Source: Lama guanicoe (Eukaryota). Taken from it: a stretch of DNA of 64,000 nucleotides. The translations under genes and the position numbers were made by a program. Positions 34,794-48,318 of this stretch are shown here, piece after piece (the first letter of the stretch is position 1; every line of letters starts with the position of its first letter). The notes beneath the pieces are model-generated. The model saw nothing but the letters and a program-made list of their open reading frames with translations. It did no database searches and had not been told where the DNA came from. The DNA lies in assembly GCA_013239625.1 (NCBI GenBank), contig MU053314.1, forward strand, positions 19,310-83,309, given 5' to 3'.

Positions 34794-37269
34794 GTAAGTA
34801 TAATGGCTATTTCTGTAAAACTTTCTAGTTTTTTGAGATTTGAACCTTGTTTTTAACATTTCATTTATGGTACATGACATTTTCAACAGGATATATTGGC
34901 GTTTTAATTTGTCCTCCTTAAAGTTTGAATTAGTACGTGTTCACTGTAACTATTAAACAAAGATATTATGATTGAATGTCAAATTGGTGCTAATTCTGAA
35001 ATAATGCATTATTCTATAGATGCAATTTAGTGACCCCAACTTTCATAAGTAACCTGACTCAGAATTCTAACTGAAGTCATAACAAGATTTTTTTGTCTCC
35101 AAATTTATTTCTCCCTATAAGCAACTACAAATAGTTTACTGTTCATTTCTGTTTTAAATCTGTGATCTTTTTGGAAAATACAGTTAATTTTTGAATAATT
35201 ATCTGTTGAATTTAATGTAAAACTCAATTTAGTCATTTTACTTTTTTCCTTGTCTGAGTCATTTTGATTCAACCGCTCTAATAGTCCACAATGTTTTGAA
35301 AAGCCAACATAGACTCTGAGTTATCTAAACAAACATTGTTTGAAACCATTTCACACAGTCTTTGAAATTATATATAAATATGTTGTGTGTTGATGATTAG
35401 AAAAATCTGTATTATAAAAAATGCAAAAAACAACATAATTATTTGGTTAAATGTTGGCACAAAAATAATGTTATTTACTTACTTACAAAGTATTAATTCC
35501 TAGAAAATTTTATTTACTTATATTGTTTTTCAAATTAAATACTGAATGAGGACCTAAAATGTGGCTACTTTCCATCACTGTCGGTTTAAGACTTTTAATT
35601 TAATTGTAACGATTTAGGATCTCATTTACAGTTGAAATATCACTATTGTTTTATTAATTGTGTGGGAGTTACATTTCACTACAGAAATAAAAGTTATTAG
35701 GTAATTTAAGCCAATTTTTCAAAATATGCCAATTTATCAAAAGAAACATTTATAGAACATTTAAATTAAATTTCAGGGATTATTAAAAGTTACCAATGAT
35801 AAGGAGCTTTTAAAGAAATGAGATGATTTGCTATGTTTCTGGAGCAGATAAAATCAGAGATTAAAGAGTTGGATTTGAGCATGCCTAAAAATTCATTTTA
35901 AGTGTTTTGATCAGCTACTGCAGAGATAAATGTTAGGTTTTGTACTACCTCGGCAAGTTTTGATGATAAAATGGTTTCACATAATCGATGTTCCTATATT
36001 TTAAAGTAGTTATTTATATTCTTAAGATACATGGCTCAATTGGTAAGAATTTGGTATAAAAGAGGCCAATATTGAGGTCAAGTTCACTTGTTTAATCTCC
36101 ATTTGGGTCTGGTGTCCTTTAGCAAAAGACAAGCTCTCCTGTAGGCCCGAAAGCGGAAGTTCATCACACCACAGTGCGGATGATCATGACTGGGTGCTTG
36201 TTGAAAACAGACCCCAGGCCCTCTACCCAGGTTCTGATTCAGTATATACGACACCTGAATCCACCCGCTTGGGGTAATTGTGTGACTGTTTTCAAGAGCC
36301 ACTAGTGTAATTCATTAGCGTCAGTTACAAAATAGAGAAAATTTAAGTATAAAGCAAGCAAGAGGTAAGAATCATAGAAAAGTGGTTACATTCCTGTAAG
36401 AAATAAGCATATAATAGCCCTTAAAATGACTTTCTAGGATTATGGAGCTGGATGGCTATCAATGACTAAGCTAATTTAAGTGGGTTGGTTACATTAGGAA
36501 GGTAAATTGACCTTTGATGCACATAAAACATTTTACTTACGTGCTTGACTGTAAAACTGTCCATTGAAAGTAAAATTTAAGTAAATGATTTTGGCAAGCC
36601 TGGACTTATTTTGATTTATTAACTAGTTAGATAGGAAGATGTTATTAAAATATACCTCTTGGAATGGAGGAAATTTCACTGCAGTGTCTATGAAAAAAAT
36701 ACTTGCCCAAGCCAGGTATCCATATATTATTACAATACAAGCTGTCATCCACTGAAATCTGCTGCCTCTTCTGAACACAGTGCCCTGATTCTTCTAGTGG
36801 AATTGTTGGCTGCTTTTGTCCTGCTTTGTCATCAGCTGATCCCTCTTTTTTGTATAGTAATGTTTTATTCACTGCAATTTCCTTTATTTCTTTACACTTC
36901 CTTTTTGCATTGAAGGAAACTTTAGTCCTATTTCTCTTACTTTCCATTTGACAACTGTCCTTTTTCTACCATATTTATTGACAAACAGCAATGTGACTCA
37001 CCGGAGTATCAGAAGCCATGTAACTTACTGAAGGCATGTTCCATGCCTGAACTAACGTGTGCTTCACACAGAGAAACAATTATTACTGAAATTACTAAAC
37101 ACCAGGAGCTTTGCACACTTTGTCCAGTTTAACAGTCACAGCAAACCTTTTTACAAGAATACCACTTAGTGTGCAAAGCTTTTGACAGTCTTCTTGGGAG
37201 ACACTCCAGATAATCTGCTCAGGAGTTCTGCAGACATTATTTTGAGTCTTCACGAGCTTCAAGGAAAGT

Positions 37270-37372
37270 ACTATTGGCCCCATTTTTCATATGAATATAA
37301 TGAGGCTTAGAGAAGTTAAATACTTTTTCCAGGAGTGAAAAGCCATGTGCGGCTCTAGGATCTAACTCCAAA
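37270..37372 (-). mobile_element. MIR fragment
   Basis: cccatttttcatatgaatataatgaggcttagagaagttaaatact matches the MIR core. Confidence 0.7.
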
Positions 37373-38149
37373 AACATTTCTACCATGAAAAAAAGAGACT
37401 AAACATGCCTCAGTAGGGTTACCTACATAATTACTAATGTGATGAAGCAAGAGCAAATTCCTCGTGAGCCCAACAAAGAGACAGGAAATTAGCAGCAGCG
37501 TCTTCACAAAGATGCTCTTCGCCTTAAACCTGCCCCACAAAGGCTCAAGAGCAGAAAGCCCCACACAGCAAGGCAGGCACCGCCCACCGTGGGCACCAGG
37601 CGCCCTGCGTTCCAGCCCAGCGCCCGGGGGTGCAGCACCGCGGCCCAGCGGTGCAGGTAGCGAAGGTGATCTGTGGATCAGAAGCAAGTTCCTGGCATTC
37701 AGTGCAGGACTGACTGCAGGTTGAGAAGTCCTCCCGGGGTGGGGGTGGTGGCAGGAGAAGCCGTTTATAAGGCAAGACTATTTGTAAAGCAGGCTTTTCC
37801 TACAGAAAGGGGTTCCTGGGAGAGAAATTCCAGCCAAGGAATTTGATTGTGTTTATCTGCAGCATGACTTACTGAGCAAATACTAACAAAAGATTACTCA
37901 TACCTTAGCTTGCTTTCTGCTATCACAAAATGATGTCTAAACTTTACACACTGTGATTCCATGGAAGTTATGAATCATGCTGGCTATGGTCTCCGGTTTT
38001 ACTGAAGCCTCTGTTGAACTAATATGTATTTGATTGGAAAATCAAACACCGTTTAACTTTTTCCTTGAAGAGATAGATAAGCGTGTTGTTCAATTTTTTA
38101 AACTCCCTTTTGACAGCTCTAGATTGCTGTTAGCACCAGGGCTGGGCAA

Positions 38150-38370
38150 ACAGGACTGTAGGACAGCAGTTTAACAACCCCTCAGGGTCAGCTTTACCCT
38201 CTGGGACTGAGGACAGTTCACTTAACATTTCTGCACCTCAGTTTTCCTACCCAGAAAATGGGTGTTACAATAGCTCCTGTGCTACAGGAGTCTGTGGAGA
38301 ATTACGTGTCAGGTAGAGCACTAGAAAGGCCTGGAGCATAAACAACACCTGGAAAGCTGAGCTAGCATTG
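38150..38370 (+). mobile_element. MIR
   Basis: cacttaacatttctgcacctcagttttcctacccagaaaatggg core. Confidence 0.8.
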
Positions 38371-38977
38371 ACAGTTTTATTAAGTAGCAGTGCCAGACTT
38401 GAACCCAACTAATGCAAAGCCCTGGCTTTCCACAGCACAAAGCAGGGCTTCTGGAGATGAGGTGGAGGGTGTATCTGTACTAAAGGTGTTTGAACATATA
38501 TGCAAACAAAAAAAGTTGTGTGATTATTCATAACATTTATGAATACATTGAGTAACATCCCAGGTTTCATGGGTGGAAACACAAATGTATTCTCTTAAAA
38601 CTCAGCATAGTCTTTATCTGTAAACAGCTTCTACCATGCTAAAACATTTCACATTCCCACTTGCCTCACCAGTCATTGCCAAATTCTCTTTTTTACAGCA
38701 AAAGTCCCCAATCGGGTGGCTTACACCCTTCCCCTTAAATCTGGGTCCCGTAATGAGTGTATGGTACTCACTATACTCCCAAGTCTCTCTGGGTCCATCC
38801 TAACTGGGCTTTCGCCCAAACCCACCCCACCCAAAGTGTCCTTTGGAGGTAAGCAGTGGCCACCAGCGGTCCAGATTCCATGCCCAATTCTCATGCCTCA
38901 CCTTGCTAGCTATATGAGCGTGGTCTGACACAGCCTCCTTTGCCAGGAAAGCCCCAGGGCTAAATCCTCAAAACTTT

Positions 38978-39041
38978 GACACAACATTGTGAACTGACTA
39001 TAGTTCAATTTAAAATATACATATACGAGCCAAAAGAAAAA
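38978..39041 (+). mobile_element. Very short L1 3'-end insertion with 16-bp TSD, inside an L2 remnant
   Basis: gacacaacattgtgaactgactatagttcaat plus A tail, flanked by aaat(c/t)ctcaaaacttt. Confidence 0.8.
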
Positions 39042-39384
39042 AAATTCTCAAAACTTTTCTCTCTCCTACTTATGGCCCCTCCTTTGGTCATTGCATCCAA
39101 TATGATGGTTTTAATTTCAATGTATACACAGAATCTGAGTTTGTATCTTAACCCAGCATCTATGCCTGAACCCCAGAATCATATAACCAGATGCCTAGTC
39201 AGTGACTGAGAACTCCACCCTCTTTTTAGGTCAGAGGGGAAAAAAGCTTAAAAGTCAGAGTTACCCCTGACTCCACTTTGCCTCCTACTTACAAACAACC
39301 CATTAACAACACTTCTGGACCCTCCATTCACAATCTACTCATTACACCACCACCTCTGAGCACACCACTACAGCTACCTAGTCC

Positions 39385-39487
39385 CCACCACCACCGACAT
39401 CATCACCACCACCGTCATCACCACCACCACCACCGTCACCACCACCGTCATCACCACCACCACCACCATCACCACCACTACCATCAT
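39385..39487. repeat. (CAC/CAT/CGT)n trinucleotide repeat
   Basis: caccaccaccgacatcatcaccaccaccgtcatcacc…. Confidence 0.95.
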
Positions 39488-40366
39488 TTGCCAACTTCAC
39501 ACAACAGCCTCCTACCTGGGACCCTGCTTTTATCTTGCTCTAGTTTCTAGATCCTGGGGACACAACAGTGAGATGATTGTCAGAAAGATGCCTTCCATTG
39601 GTGTACTGATGCTGGTACAGGAACAATCACCATTGCAGAGACAGACAAAGTTATGGAATAGGAGGTAAAAACACTCAAGAGGAGATTGTGAGCAAGCTTT
39701 TGGTCTTGGTTTACAAGTCCTCAGAGTGTTCACTGCGATAGCAAGGACAAAATTAAGGCTAACATTTGTAGAACAAATTCCATTTTCCAAAGTGCTCACA
39801 GGATACAGATCCCAGGGTCTGCAGAAGACAAGATACCTTTCTAACACACCTCTTGGATACAATGACTTGTTTTGAATGCTAGAGATTTCCATATGATCAT
39901 AAAACTATCTGGAAAGATATTTTGACGTTATACTTCTATTAACATTAATACATTGTGCTCGCTTAAATAAGCCTTAGGTTAAACCCAGAACCCACTTCGA
40001 ATTTAAACAGCACTGGGAATTGTAAAACCCTGGAAACAAGTATGGTTAATAATATTTTTATTTTATTTTTTGATTAATCCACCCACTTAACAAACAGTAC
40101 AAGAGGAAAGTATATCATCAAAGCATCACCAATCACTTTCAAAAACTACATTTCTGTCAAGTCACAAGATTAGACTTCAGAAATCATGTTTGAGCAGTCA
40201 GACTCACAGTTACTTTAATGACTCATGTGTCCCTGGGGTTGGGTGGCATGGAGTCAGCAGACAGAGAGACAGCACCCAAAGGGCATTACTTACTGAATGC
40301 CTATGGCTGGAGCACCACCTTCAGACCAACACCCAGCCCTCTATCTGCCACAGATTTCTGCTATCA

Positions 40367-40744
40367 GCAGAAATTCCTTGTAATCAGAAGTACTCAGCAT
40401 GATTCACCAAAAGGAAGGGATTACGGGAATTTTTTTTAAAGTATTTCAGGCTTCATGCTGTCCATCTTCATGCCTCAGCCTCTTTGGAATTGTCTCCAAG
40501 AATTCATAAAACTCCACGTGTAGCTAGAGGACATGCTTCCTCATCCAAGAAGAGGCAGAAATTCCTTGTAATCAGAAGTACTCAGCTTGATTCACCAAAA
40601 GGAAGGGATTATGGGAATTTTTTAAAGTATTTCAGGCTTCATGCTGTCCATCTTCATGCCTCAGCCTCTTTGGAATTGTCTCCAAGAATTCATAAAACTC
40701 CACGTGTAGCTAGAGGACATGCTTTCTCATCCAAGAAGCAGAAA
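40367..40744. repeat. Tandem duplication of ~187 bp (40367-40552 / 40555-40738)
   Basis: Direct comparison; gcagaaa at the start, junction and end. Confidence 0.95.
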
Positions 40745-40926
40745 AGACTGCTTCTTAAGACACATCTTTTTTGTTAGCATCCCATCCCACCACAGCCCCT
40801 GGTCATGAAAACATCTTTTCTCAATGACACTTTTGTGAATGTCCTTCAGACACTGGGAACTGTGCTGGAAGGATGCAGGGAAATAAAATGCTAATGGACC
40901 ATGACATGTATCATATACAAAATATA

Positions 40927-41302
40927 AAAGTAATACCAGGCTATTTGTACAGAAGATAGTGTTTATATTGCCCTATTATGGGTACAGAGGGAGTCAACTA
41001 CACTTGCAGGCTACTGTGGATTGCCTTTTCATCTTTATTTTGTGGCCATCTGTAACAAAGCACCAGGATATCAATATATTTTATCATCCTATCTCTCAAT
41101 TACAACACTCATAGAAAGTAATTCCAGGCTATTTGTACAGAAGATAATGTGTTTATATCACCCTATTATGGGTACAGAGGGAGTCAACTACACTTGCAGG
41201 CTACTGTGGATTGCCTTTTCATCTTTATTTTGTGGCAATCTGTAACAAAGCACCAGGATATCGATATATTTTATCATCCTATCTCTCAATTACAACACTC
41301 AT
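40927..41302. repeat. Tandem duplication of ~187 bp (40927-41112 / 41115-41302)
   Basis: Direct comparison; a few substitutions. Confidence 0.95.
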
Positions 41303-42140
41303 GCTATTTTATTTTTAAATCAGCAGAAATCGAAAGCATTGTAGAAATGTTTTTCCATGTTATTATAAGAAGCACTTTAACCCCAGCAACATGTTATCCT
41401 AAGTCATGTGTATTAGTAATGGTTTAAAAAACCGAGGAATCAGACTGTATTTTATAGTTGGATGACTTGTGTTGTTACTACTACAGCAATCATCCTGAAT
41501 TATTGTTAAGTTGTTTAGAGATACTGAATATATGTACACATTCTTTGAAGCAAACCTTCAGTTGCCAGCCTCAAAATGTCATTGTTCTAAAGGGTAAATA
41601 AAAAAGCAGACAAGGGCGCTGGAAGACAGAAGCACTGGCGCCCGGGGCCATGCACCTTCTGTGTACCGTCCGTCACCTGTTGTACTGATTCTGTGTTTAA
41701 TCAAGCTGGTAGCTCGTATTTTAAAAACCAAATATTCATAGTGAGTATGGGAGTCTTTTCAAAGCAAAAAGGGTCAGATTTGTGAACCCTCAGTGACATG
41801 TGCATTACTGGTTTCGAAGGGGGAATTTTTTGGTGCAACCAAGGTCATGACTGAACGTAATGCAACTTAATGGCTGACAGAAGCTCTGGGAGTGTCACTC
41901 CCCACAGTTCTTGTTTGTGTTATTCTGGACACTGTGCACAGTAGGATGACTGTGGATGGACATACCACGCCCTCCTTCAGGATGCTCAATAACTTTTGAT
42001 TTCCTGACACAGTGGACTTGGTCTTTTTCTTAGGTATAACGCTAGTTTGGAGTCAACTGACTGCTTCAGAGATGGAAATAGGTTTAGAAAATGTGACTTC
42101 AGGCATTTAGCAGATGTAAGTAAATGTTAAATAACAGACC

Positions 42141-42535
42141 TGTCAGGGAGGAAGAAATTTTCCTCGACCCTTCTAGGTTCTTCTGGCTGGTCTAAGAATT
42201 AAATTGATATGAGACAGACACACGGGAAAAAATCACACAAAAGTTTAATAACGTGTACACATGGAGGGACCCAGGAAACCAAGCCACTCGCCAAAATGGC
42301 CCAAAACCTCACCTTAAGTACCTTCTTCAGCTAAAGACAAAGGAGGATGGTGAGGTAGTGGTTTGGGACTTCAATGGGGTGGAAGGAAATTCACATGGAG
42401 ATGGGAAAAACAAATGTTTGCTGGGCGAGTTGAGACAGTGAGACATAGAGAGGAATTTTAACAAAAAGACTGCAAGGTTTCTTCCTATCTGCACACCTGG
42501 TTCATGTTATAGTGATCTGTGGGGATGGTTCTCTC
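42141..42535 (-). mobile_element. ERV-type LTR fragment
   Basis: Starts tgtcagggg; aattaaattgatatgagacaga … aagtttaataac resembles laurasiatherian ERV1 LTRs. Family not determined. Confidence 0.55.
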
Positions 42536-42675
42536 TCTGAGTCTCCCTGTATCTGTCTCTCTCTATCTCTCTGTCCTGATCTCTCTGTCTCTCTCTGCCT
42601 CTCTGTCTCTGTCTCTCTCTTTCTGTCTCTCCATCTCTGTCTATCTCTGTTTCTCTGTCTGTCTCTCTGTCTCTT
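42530..42675. repeat. (CT/CTGT)n low-complexity tract
   Basis: tctctctgtctctctctgcctctctgtctctgtctctctc…. Confidence 0.92.
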
Positions 42676-44244
42676 ATCATCTGTCTTCACATTGATACCT
42701 CCAATCTAATCCAGCCTATGCTGGATTTTATCTTAGCCTTCCCCATTATGTAAAACTTCTTTTTTCACACAGTAAAGATCATGACTACCCACATCTAAAA
42801 TACTCCTGTTGGGAACAGAACATCATGATTTTTTCCACATGACTTTTCTAGCATTTGAAAAGGAAGTACAATGGTAGGTCAAAGAAACCATTCTTTTTGT
42901 CATTAACAGCTGGAGAACATGCAGCTCACTAGATAACATTATCACTGATTTCTGTGACTGAAAGCTCAAGAATTTTCAATCACCAGGAGTCTGGTTTTGT
43001 TTGTGAAACAGATCACTGTGCTTTGAGAATGTGGTTATTACCCTCTCTACAAGTATCAAATTAGAGGAGAGTTGCTGAAATCACCATTCATCTAAGCACT
43101 GCAACATCATATTGTAGAAACTGTTCTGGTAAATCCATGAAGTGCAATTTTTCACACATAAAATGTCAATATAATCTCTATCTTAAGGGAGAAATTCAGG
43201 ACTGCATGTGTTCCTTGAGTTTGAGTGAGAGACCCTATATTGAATTTGCTTCTTCCTTAACCTTGAACAATTTCAAGTTATTGTATGTTTTATTCCCTCT
43301 AGATTATGTTATGTGCATTAAGATTTTTTTTACCATTTTATGAGACATAAATGTGAAAGTAGCATTAATTTGTTGAAAAATAAAAATACTAATCAACAAA
43401 GAGTTAAAAAAAAAAAGAAGAAGAAGAGATTGAGAGGTAAGACATATGGGAGAAGCACTGAGTTTAAAGTCGGAGCACTGTTACTCTGGTCTGCCAGTGA
43501 TTCAGTCAAGGGCACTACATGGATATGGAGCGTCATTTTTATATGTGATGTAGAAATGGGAACACTTTCCTTGCCAGATGTAGCCCTGTTGATAACGTCA
43601 AATTAGACAAAGAACATAAAGGCGCTGTTAAAGTTGCAAAGTAGCAGCTATGCAGAGAGTAAGAAGTATTGTGTCTCCTTCACCTCCAGAATACCATGGT
43701 TTGCAAAATCCATTTACATATTATTTTATTTGGGGCATGGGTATGTTTACTAAATTTAAATATGATTCCAGGTCTCCTTAAATAATACATTATGGATGAA
43801 AATTAACAGAGTGTTAGGAGATCTTGTTATCAACTAGACTATTTATAAGTAAGGTTGAGTAATATTTTTAGATCTGCCGCAGTGATATTTTTATCTTCAA
43901 AGATAAGAAAAGAGCAGAGACTTTAAGATAACTGCTGTCGAGCAGTACACTATGAGAAGACAGATTACCAAATATGTAATATACAACTCTATTTGGAAAA
44001 ACACCATTCATGTAAAGATATGAAAAGCACAAGAAGAGGGCTTGTCAGGTATTCCCTTTTGTCAGAGCAATTAAGTATTTAACAATAATTTGTAGACAGG
44101 AGATCACAAACGGTGTCTTAACGTTTTTGTCAGAGATGTCTTTATCTGCCAACTTGATGATACTGAGCGTATGCTGACCACCTAATACTAAGAAATTCCT
44201 GCCCGAATCTCTTCCATATATGGAAGGGAGCCTTGCCAAGCAGG

Positions 44245-44365
44245 TAGGAACTCAGGCATTGGAATCAGACAAGTGCTGGGTCTGAATCTGGGCACCATCC
44301 CTCACTCACTATGTGACCTACGAACAGACACTGACCTCTCGAAACCTGTTTCTTCCTCTGGGCAA
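44245..44365 (+). mobile_element. MIR fragment
   Basis: ggaatcagac … ctgggtctgaatctggg … tatgtgacct … gacctctcgaaacctgtttcttc. Confidence 0.7.
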
Positions 44366-45498
44366 CAGGACCAAGCTGGCTTGTTTGTATTTTGGCTGTT
44401 CGTTTACTTCCTGGGAGCTCAATCAGGTAGTGTTAATTCCGTAACTCTCAGGACTTACTGGAAATTCAGAGGGGGTAGACTGCTTTTTGGATGGAGGTAT
44501 TAACAGCATTGAACCACTTCTCTTCTTCACTTGACTTCCCTGCATTGATTCACTTTCATTGGGTTGGAATCATCCTGGTTATGCTCTGGAAAGGGTAGGT
44601 GGATGGTATTTTTTTCTTTTTCCCACCCTTGCTCTTAAGTTATAGTTTGGCTGGGTTTAAACCTTTGGAATTCTAGACTGTTTTCTCCTTTCCTCTGAAT
44701 TCTGGAAAGCTTGATCAAATGTCTTCTAACATTAAATTTTGTGGAAGAGAATTCTGACTCCATTCTGATTACTTCCCTTGTAAGCAACCTGAATATGTAT
44801 AAATGTTGTGTCTTAAGTGTTGATTTTGAGTTTTTCATTAATATTCCCTGATATGTGATGGTCCTTTTCATTTAACGATGAGATTCTTCCGTTGCCTGAA
44901 TTTTTTCTGTTTTTCCTTCATTATTGTTTCTCTTCCATTGCTCCGCTCTCTCCCAGATGTATGTACATTAAACATAATGTCCTAAGTTAAGTCTCCATGT
45001 TTTATTGTTTCTTCCATCATTCAGAATCTCATCACTATGTCTTTTTGTGTTTATTCTGAAAGACTCTGGATAGAATTGAGTGGTAATAATCTCCTTACAA
45101 GTCTCATTACCCAGCATCAGTCACCTGAAATTCTTCTATGATCTTTTATACTATTAAACCGATTCCTTCTGGTAACTTCAGACTATAAAAGCCCTAAATC
45201 ACTGCCCTGTATTTATCAAGACAGAATGTTACTTCAAATTTCCTCATTCCATTCCTGCTGGCTTCTGAAAATAACACCAAAACACTGATGATGAAGCCGA
45301 CCTGAGGGGAGTCCTGCCTTGACAGTCGTAACAGCATCTCAGAGCAGAGAGGGAAGGCAGGCTATTTATGAGGTTTTGGGGGTTTGGTTTAAGGTGGATC
45401 TTTTGATGAGGGGATGAGGGGCTTGATTGGGATTGAGCAAGTTTGTGACATAGAGTTTAGGACTGGAGGACATGTGGAGACAAGGGTTTCAAAGTGAC

Positions 45499-45955
45499 TG
45501 TATTAATTTTCTCTTGCTACTGTAACAAATTACCACAGCATTAGTGGCTTAAAATAATGCAGATTATTCTCTCACAGTTCTGGAGGTCAGGAATTGGGCA
45601 AAAGTGAAGGTGTCAGTCAGGCTGGTTCCTTTTGGAGGCTCCAGGGAAGAATGGTCTCCTCGCCTCTTCTGGCTTCTAGAAGTCAGTTACCCACATCCCT
45701 TGGGCCCTGTGCCTTCCCTTCATCTTCACAGCCAGAAAGACAGCCTCACAGTCTCCTCATCACGTCTCCTTCTTCTGTAGTCATCTCCCCCTCTGTCTCC
45801 TCCATAAGGTCGTGTGGGGTTGTGTTTATGACCCACCCAGATAACCCAGGATAATCTCTCCACTCAAAAGCCTTAACTTAGTCACCCTTGCAAAGTCCCT
45901 TTTGCCAGGTAATGTAACATTCACAGTCCCAGGGATTCGGAGGTGGGTATCAGGA
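45499..45955 (-). mobile_element. MLT1 (MaLR) solo LTR, MLT1B/C-like, possibly inserted into an older LTR
   Basis: tgtattaattttc … tgtaacaaattaccaca … tggcttaaaa … tctcacagttctggagg … gcaaagtcccttttgcca. Confidence 0.9.
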
Positions 45956-47359
45956 GCCTTCATTTGATGCTGTCAGTTTTACTCTAATTAGGTTGAGTGT
46001 TGTAGTCTTCCACGACGTGTTATTAAGATAAAGTTTACAGTATCTGTTATTAAGATAAAGTCATTTTCAATCACATCTTCCTACAAAGTTGTTTCTTAAA
46101 AACATAAAGTCCTGTTAGTGAAGACACTCTGGATCCTAATCCTAAGAGTCCGTGTGGGTGAATCCAGTCCTCCTCTATCCTTTTCTTCATAGACATCCAC
46201 CTACTATGCTGTAGACATCACTGCAGCTAATTTAGTAGTTGGTTCATATTTATACACACTTCGGCACCAATCTGAAAATACAGCTAAGCCTGTCTTAACA
46301 TCAGCAGCTGTGGTAGTCATCAGATCATCAGACTTGTTTTGATTTTATAGCAAATACATCTTCCCTCTACAAACATAACCCAGATGTCAGCCGAAGTCAC
46401 ACTGTCCTTAAAGACGCAGATTAAAGTTCTTATCCCAGTGACTCTTTCTCCCTGAAGATTCTTGTCCGAGGCTAGAGGAACACAGGGAATAAAAACCCAT
46501 GGTCTCTCACTCACTTCTAGCTGTGTTTCCATTTCTTTCACTTTGTTTGGGAAACATCCTGCCAGCCTCCATATGCTATCCCTTCTCAGTGGTTGGTGAC
46601 CCTGTCCTGGGACAACCCTGATTCCCTCCTTCCTTCAAAGTATCATCAACAAAAAGCCATCCCCACCAACTCTGTGCCTGGCCCCGGCCCGTCCAGCCCC
46701 AGGTGTCCCCCATGGTCAGCACTGAGCTGGTGGAACTTGGGGATTTCATGCCGTGTTCCCAACACCCCCACCATGTATTGAGGATGGGGACCCAGTAGTG
46801 GACACTCAGAGGGACTGATCACACACACAAACTGGCCAGCCAGCCTCTAGCCCATTCAAGGACATGGTCTGGGTAGACCAGATGTCAGGCTGGGGCTGGA
46901 TGTGCCACTGGCCCCACCAAGTGTAGGACTGGGGTGTCTGCTGTGCCTGGTCCTGTCCCCCTCCACTGCTGTCCCCAGTAAGGGCATGGAAGACCCACAA
47001 TATGGGGGTTCATGGTAACAGAGGGGCTCATAGGGAGGTTCTGCCAAACCCTGAAATTAAACGTTAGACACTGTTCTTAAATGTCTTTTGGTGATCCAGC
47101 CAATGGGAGTCTCTTTTTGGCTGTCTTTCTCAAATTTTCTCAGTCCCTGCTTCACACACACACAGCCCTTTCTTTGTTCTCTTAGAACTGGCTTAGGAGT
47201 AAGAGTTTAATACTTTTAGAGTTTGGGTTTACCCATAAGATCCTTTGCAAATAGAGTTGTGTTTGGTTTTTTTTTTTTCGCAAGGATAAAAGCAAGGCCC
47301 CAGCAGTGCATGCTATTTTATTTTACATCAATTACAGCTGTAATAGACAGGGCACCAGC

Positions 47360-47550
47360 CATGAAGTTAAATTTGGATTGAGTGTCGACCTCATGACACA
47401 CGATCTGCATGGCTTTCAGCAACTTCCTCAGCCTCAGCACCTCCTCATCTGTGAAACCAGCTTAATGTCAGCAGTCTCACAAGACTGCTGCGGTGATTAC
47501 CCAGGAGATGCAGGAGAAAATGGCCAGAGCACAGCCTGCCTGTTGAATAA
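47360..47550 (+). mobile_element. MIR
   Basis: cagcctcagcacctcctcatctgtgaaa core. Confidence 0.65.
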
Positions 47551-47834
47551 TGACTTTCTTAAACTGCTGGATAAATGGAGAGATCTCTGTGGTCCATATA
47601 TTTTTATATTTAGTATCTTATAAACATTCTTAGCGCTCACAGTATATCTAAGGTGCTGCCCTGAACGCTTTGAAGAGCAAGAAAAAAATGTACCTGCCCT
47701 CCAGGAATTTAAAATTTAGAGGAAAAGGCAAATGCGAAAAAACGCAAGGCCATGTTTGATAGAGACGCACAGTTAAGCAGAAAGTGATACTGGACAAAAT
47801 CCGGCAAGTCTCCACAAGACGGGGAATTCGAGCC

Positions 47835-47890
47835 NNNNNNNNNNNNNNNNNNNNNNNNNNNNNNNNNNNNNNNNNNNNNNNNNNNNNNNN
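47835..47890. other. Assembly gap (N)
   Basis: Run of N. Confidence 1.
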
Positions 47891-47934
47891 TGTCGTCTGC
47901 CAGACTGCCTCCCGGAATCCAAGTATTCTTCCTT

Positions 47935-48318
47935 TTTTTAATTTTTAATTTTTTTTACCTTTTTTTATTGAGTAATAGTCATTTTACAATTTTGTGTCAA
48001 ATTCTGGTGTAGAGCACACTTTTTCAGTTATATGTGAACATATATATATTCATTGTCCCTTTTTTTTTCTGTGAGCTACCACAAGATCTTGTATATATTT
48101 CCCTGTGCTATACAGTGTAATCTTCTTTATCTACTCTGCATTTTAAAATCCCAGTCAATCCCTTCCCATCCCCCGCCCCCTTGGCAACCACAAGTTTGTA
48201 TTCTATGTCTGTGAGTCTGTTTCTGTTTTGTATTTATTTTTTTTTTTAAGATTCTACATGTGAGTGATCTGATATGGTATTTTTCTTTCCCTTTCTGGCT
48301 GACTTCACTTAGAGTGAC
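47935..48318 (-). mobile_element. Young 5'-truncated L1 (3' UTR) with 16-bp TSD
   Basis: Poly-T at left; TSD ccaagtattc(t/c)tcctt at 47919-47934 and 48319-48334. Confidence 0.92.

Noticed and set aside
39278..39550. Poly-histidine ORF
   Set aside because: Translation of a (CAC)n microsatellite in an intron; no ATG start and no splice support.
42502..42709. RD/RE-rich and LS-rich ORFs
   Set aside because: Produced by a CT low-complexity tract.
46018..46062. 17-bp direct repeat tgttattaagataaagt with a 10-nt spacer (CRISPR-like look)
   Set aside because: Only two copies in eukaryotic DNA; a small local duplication.
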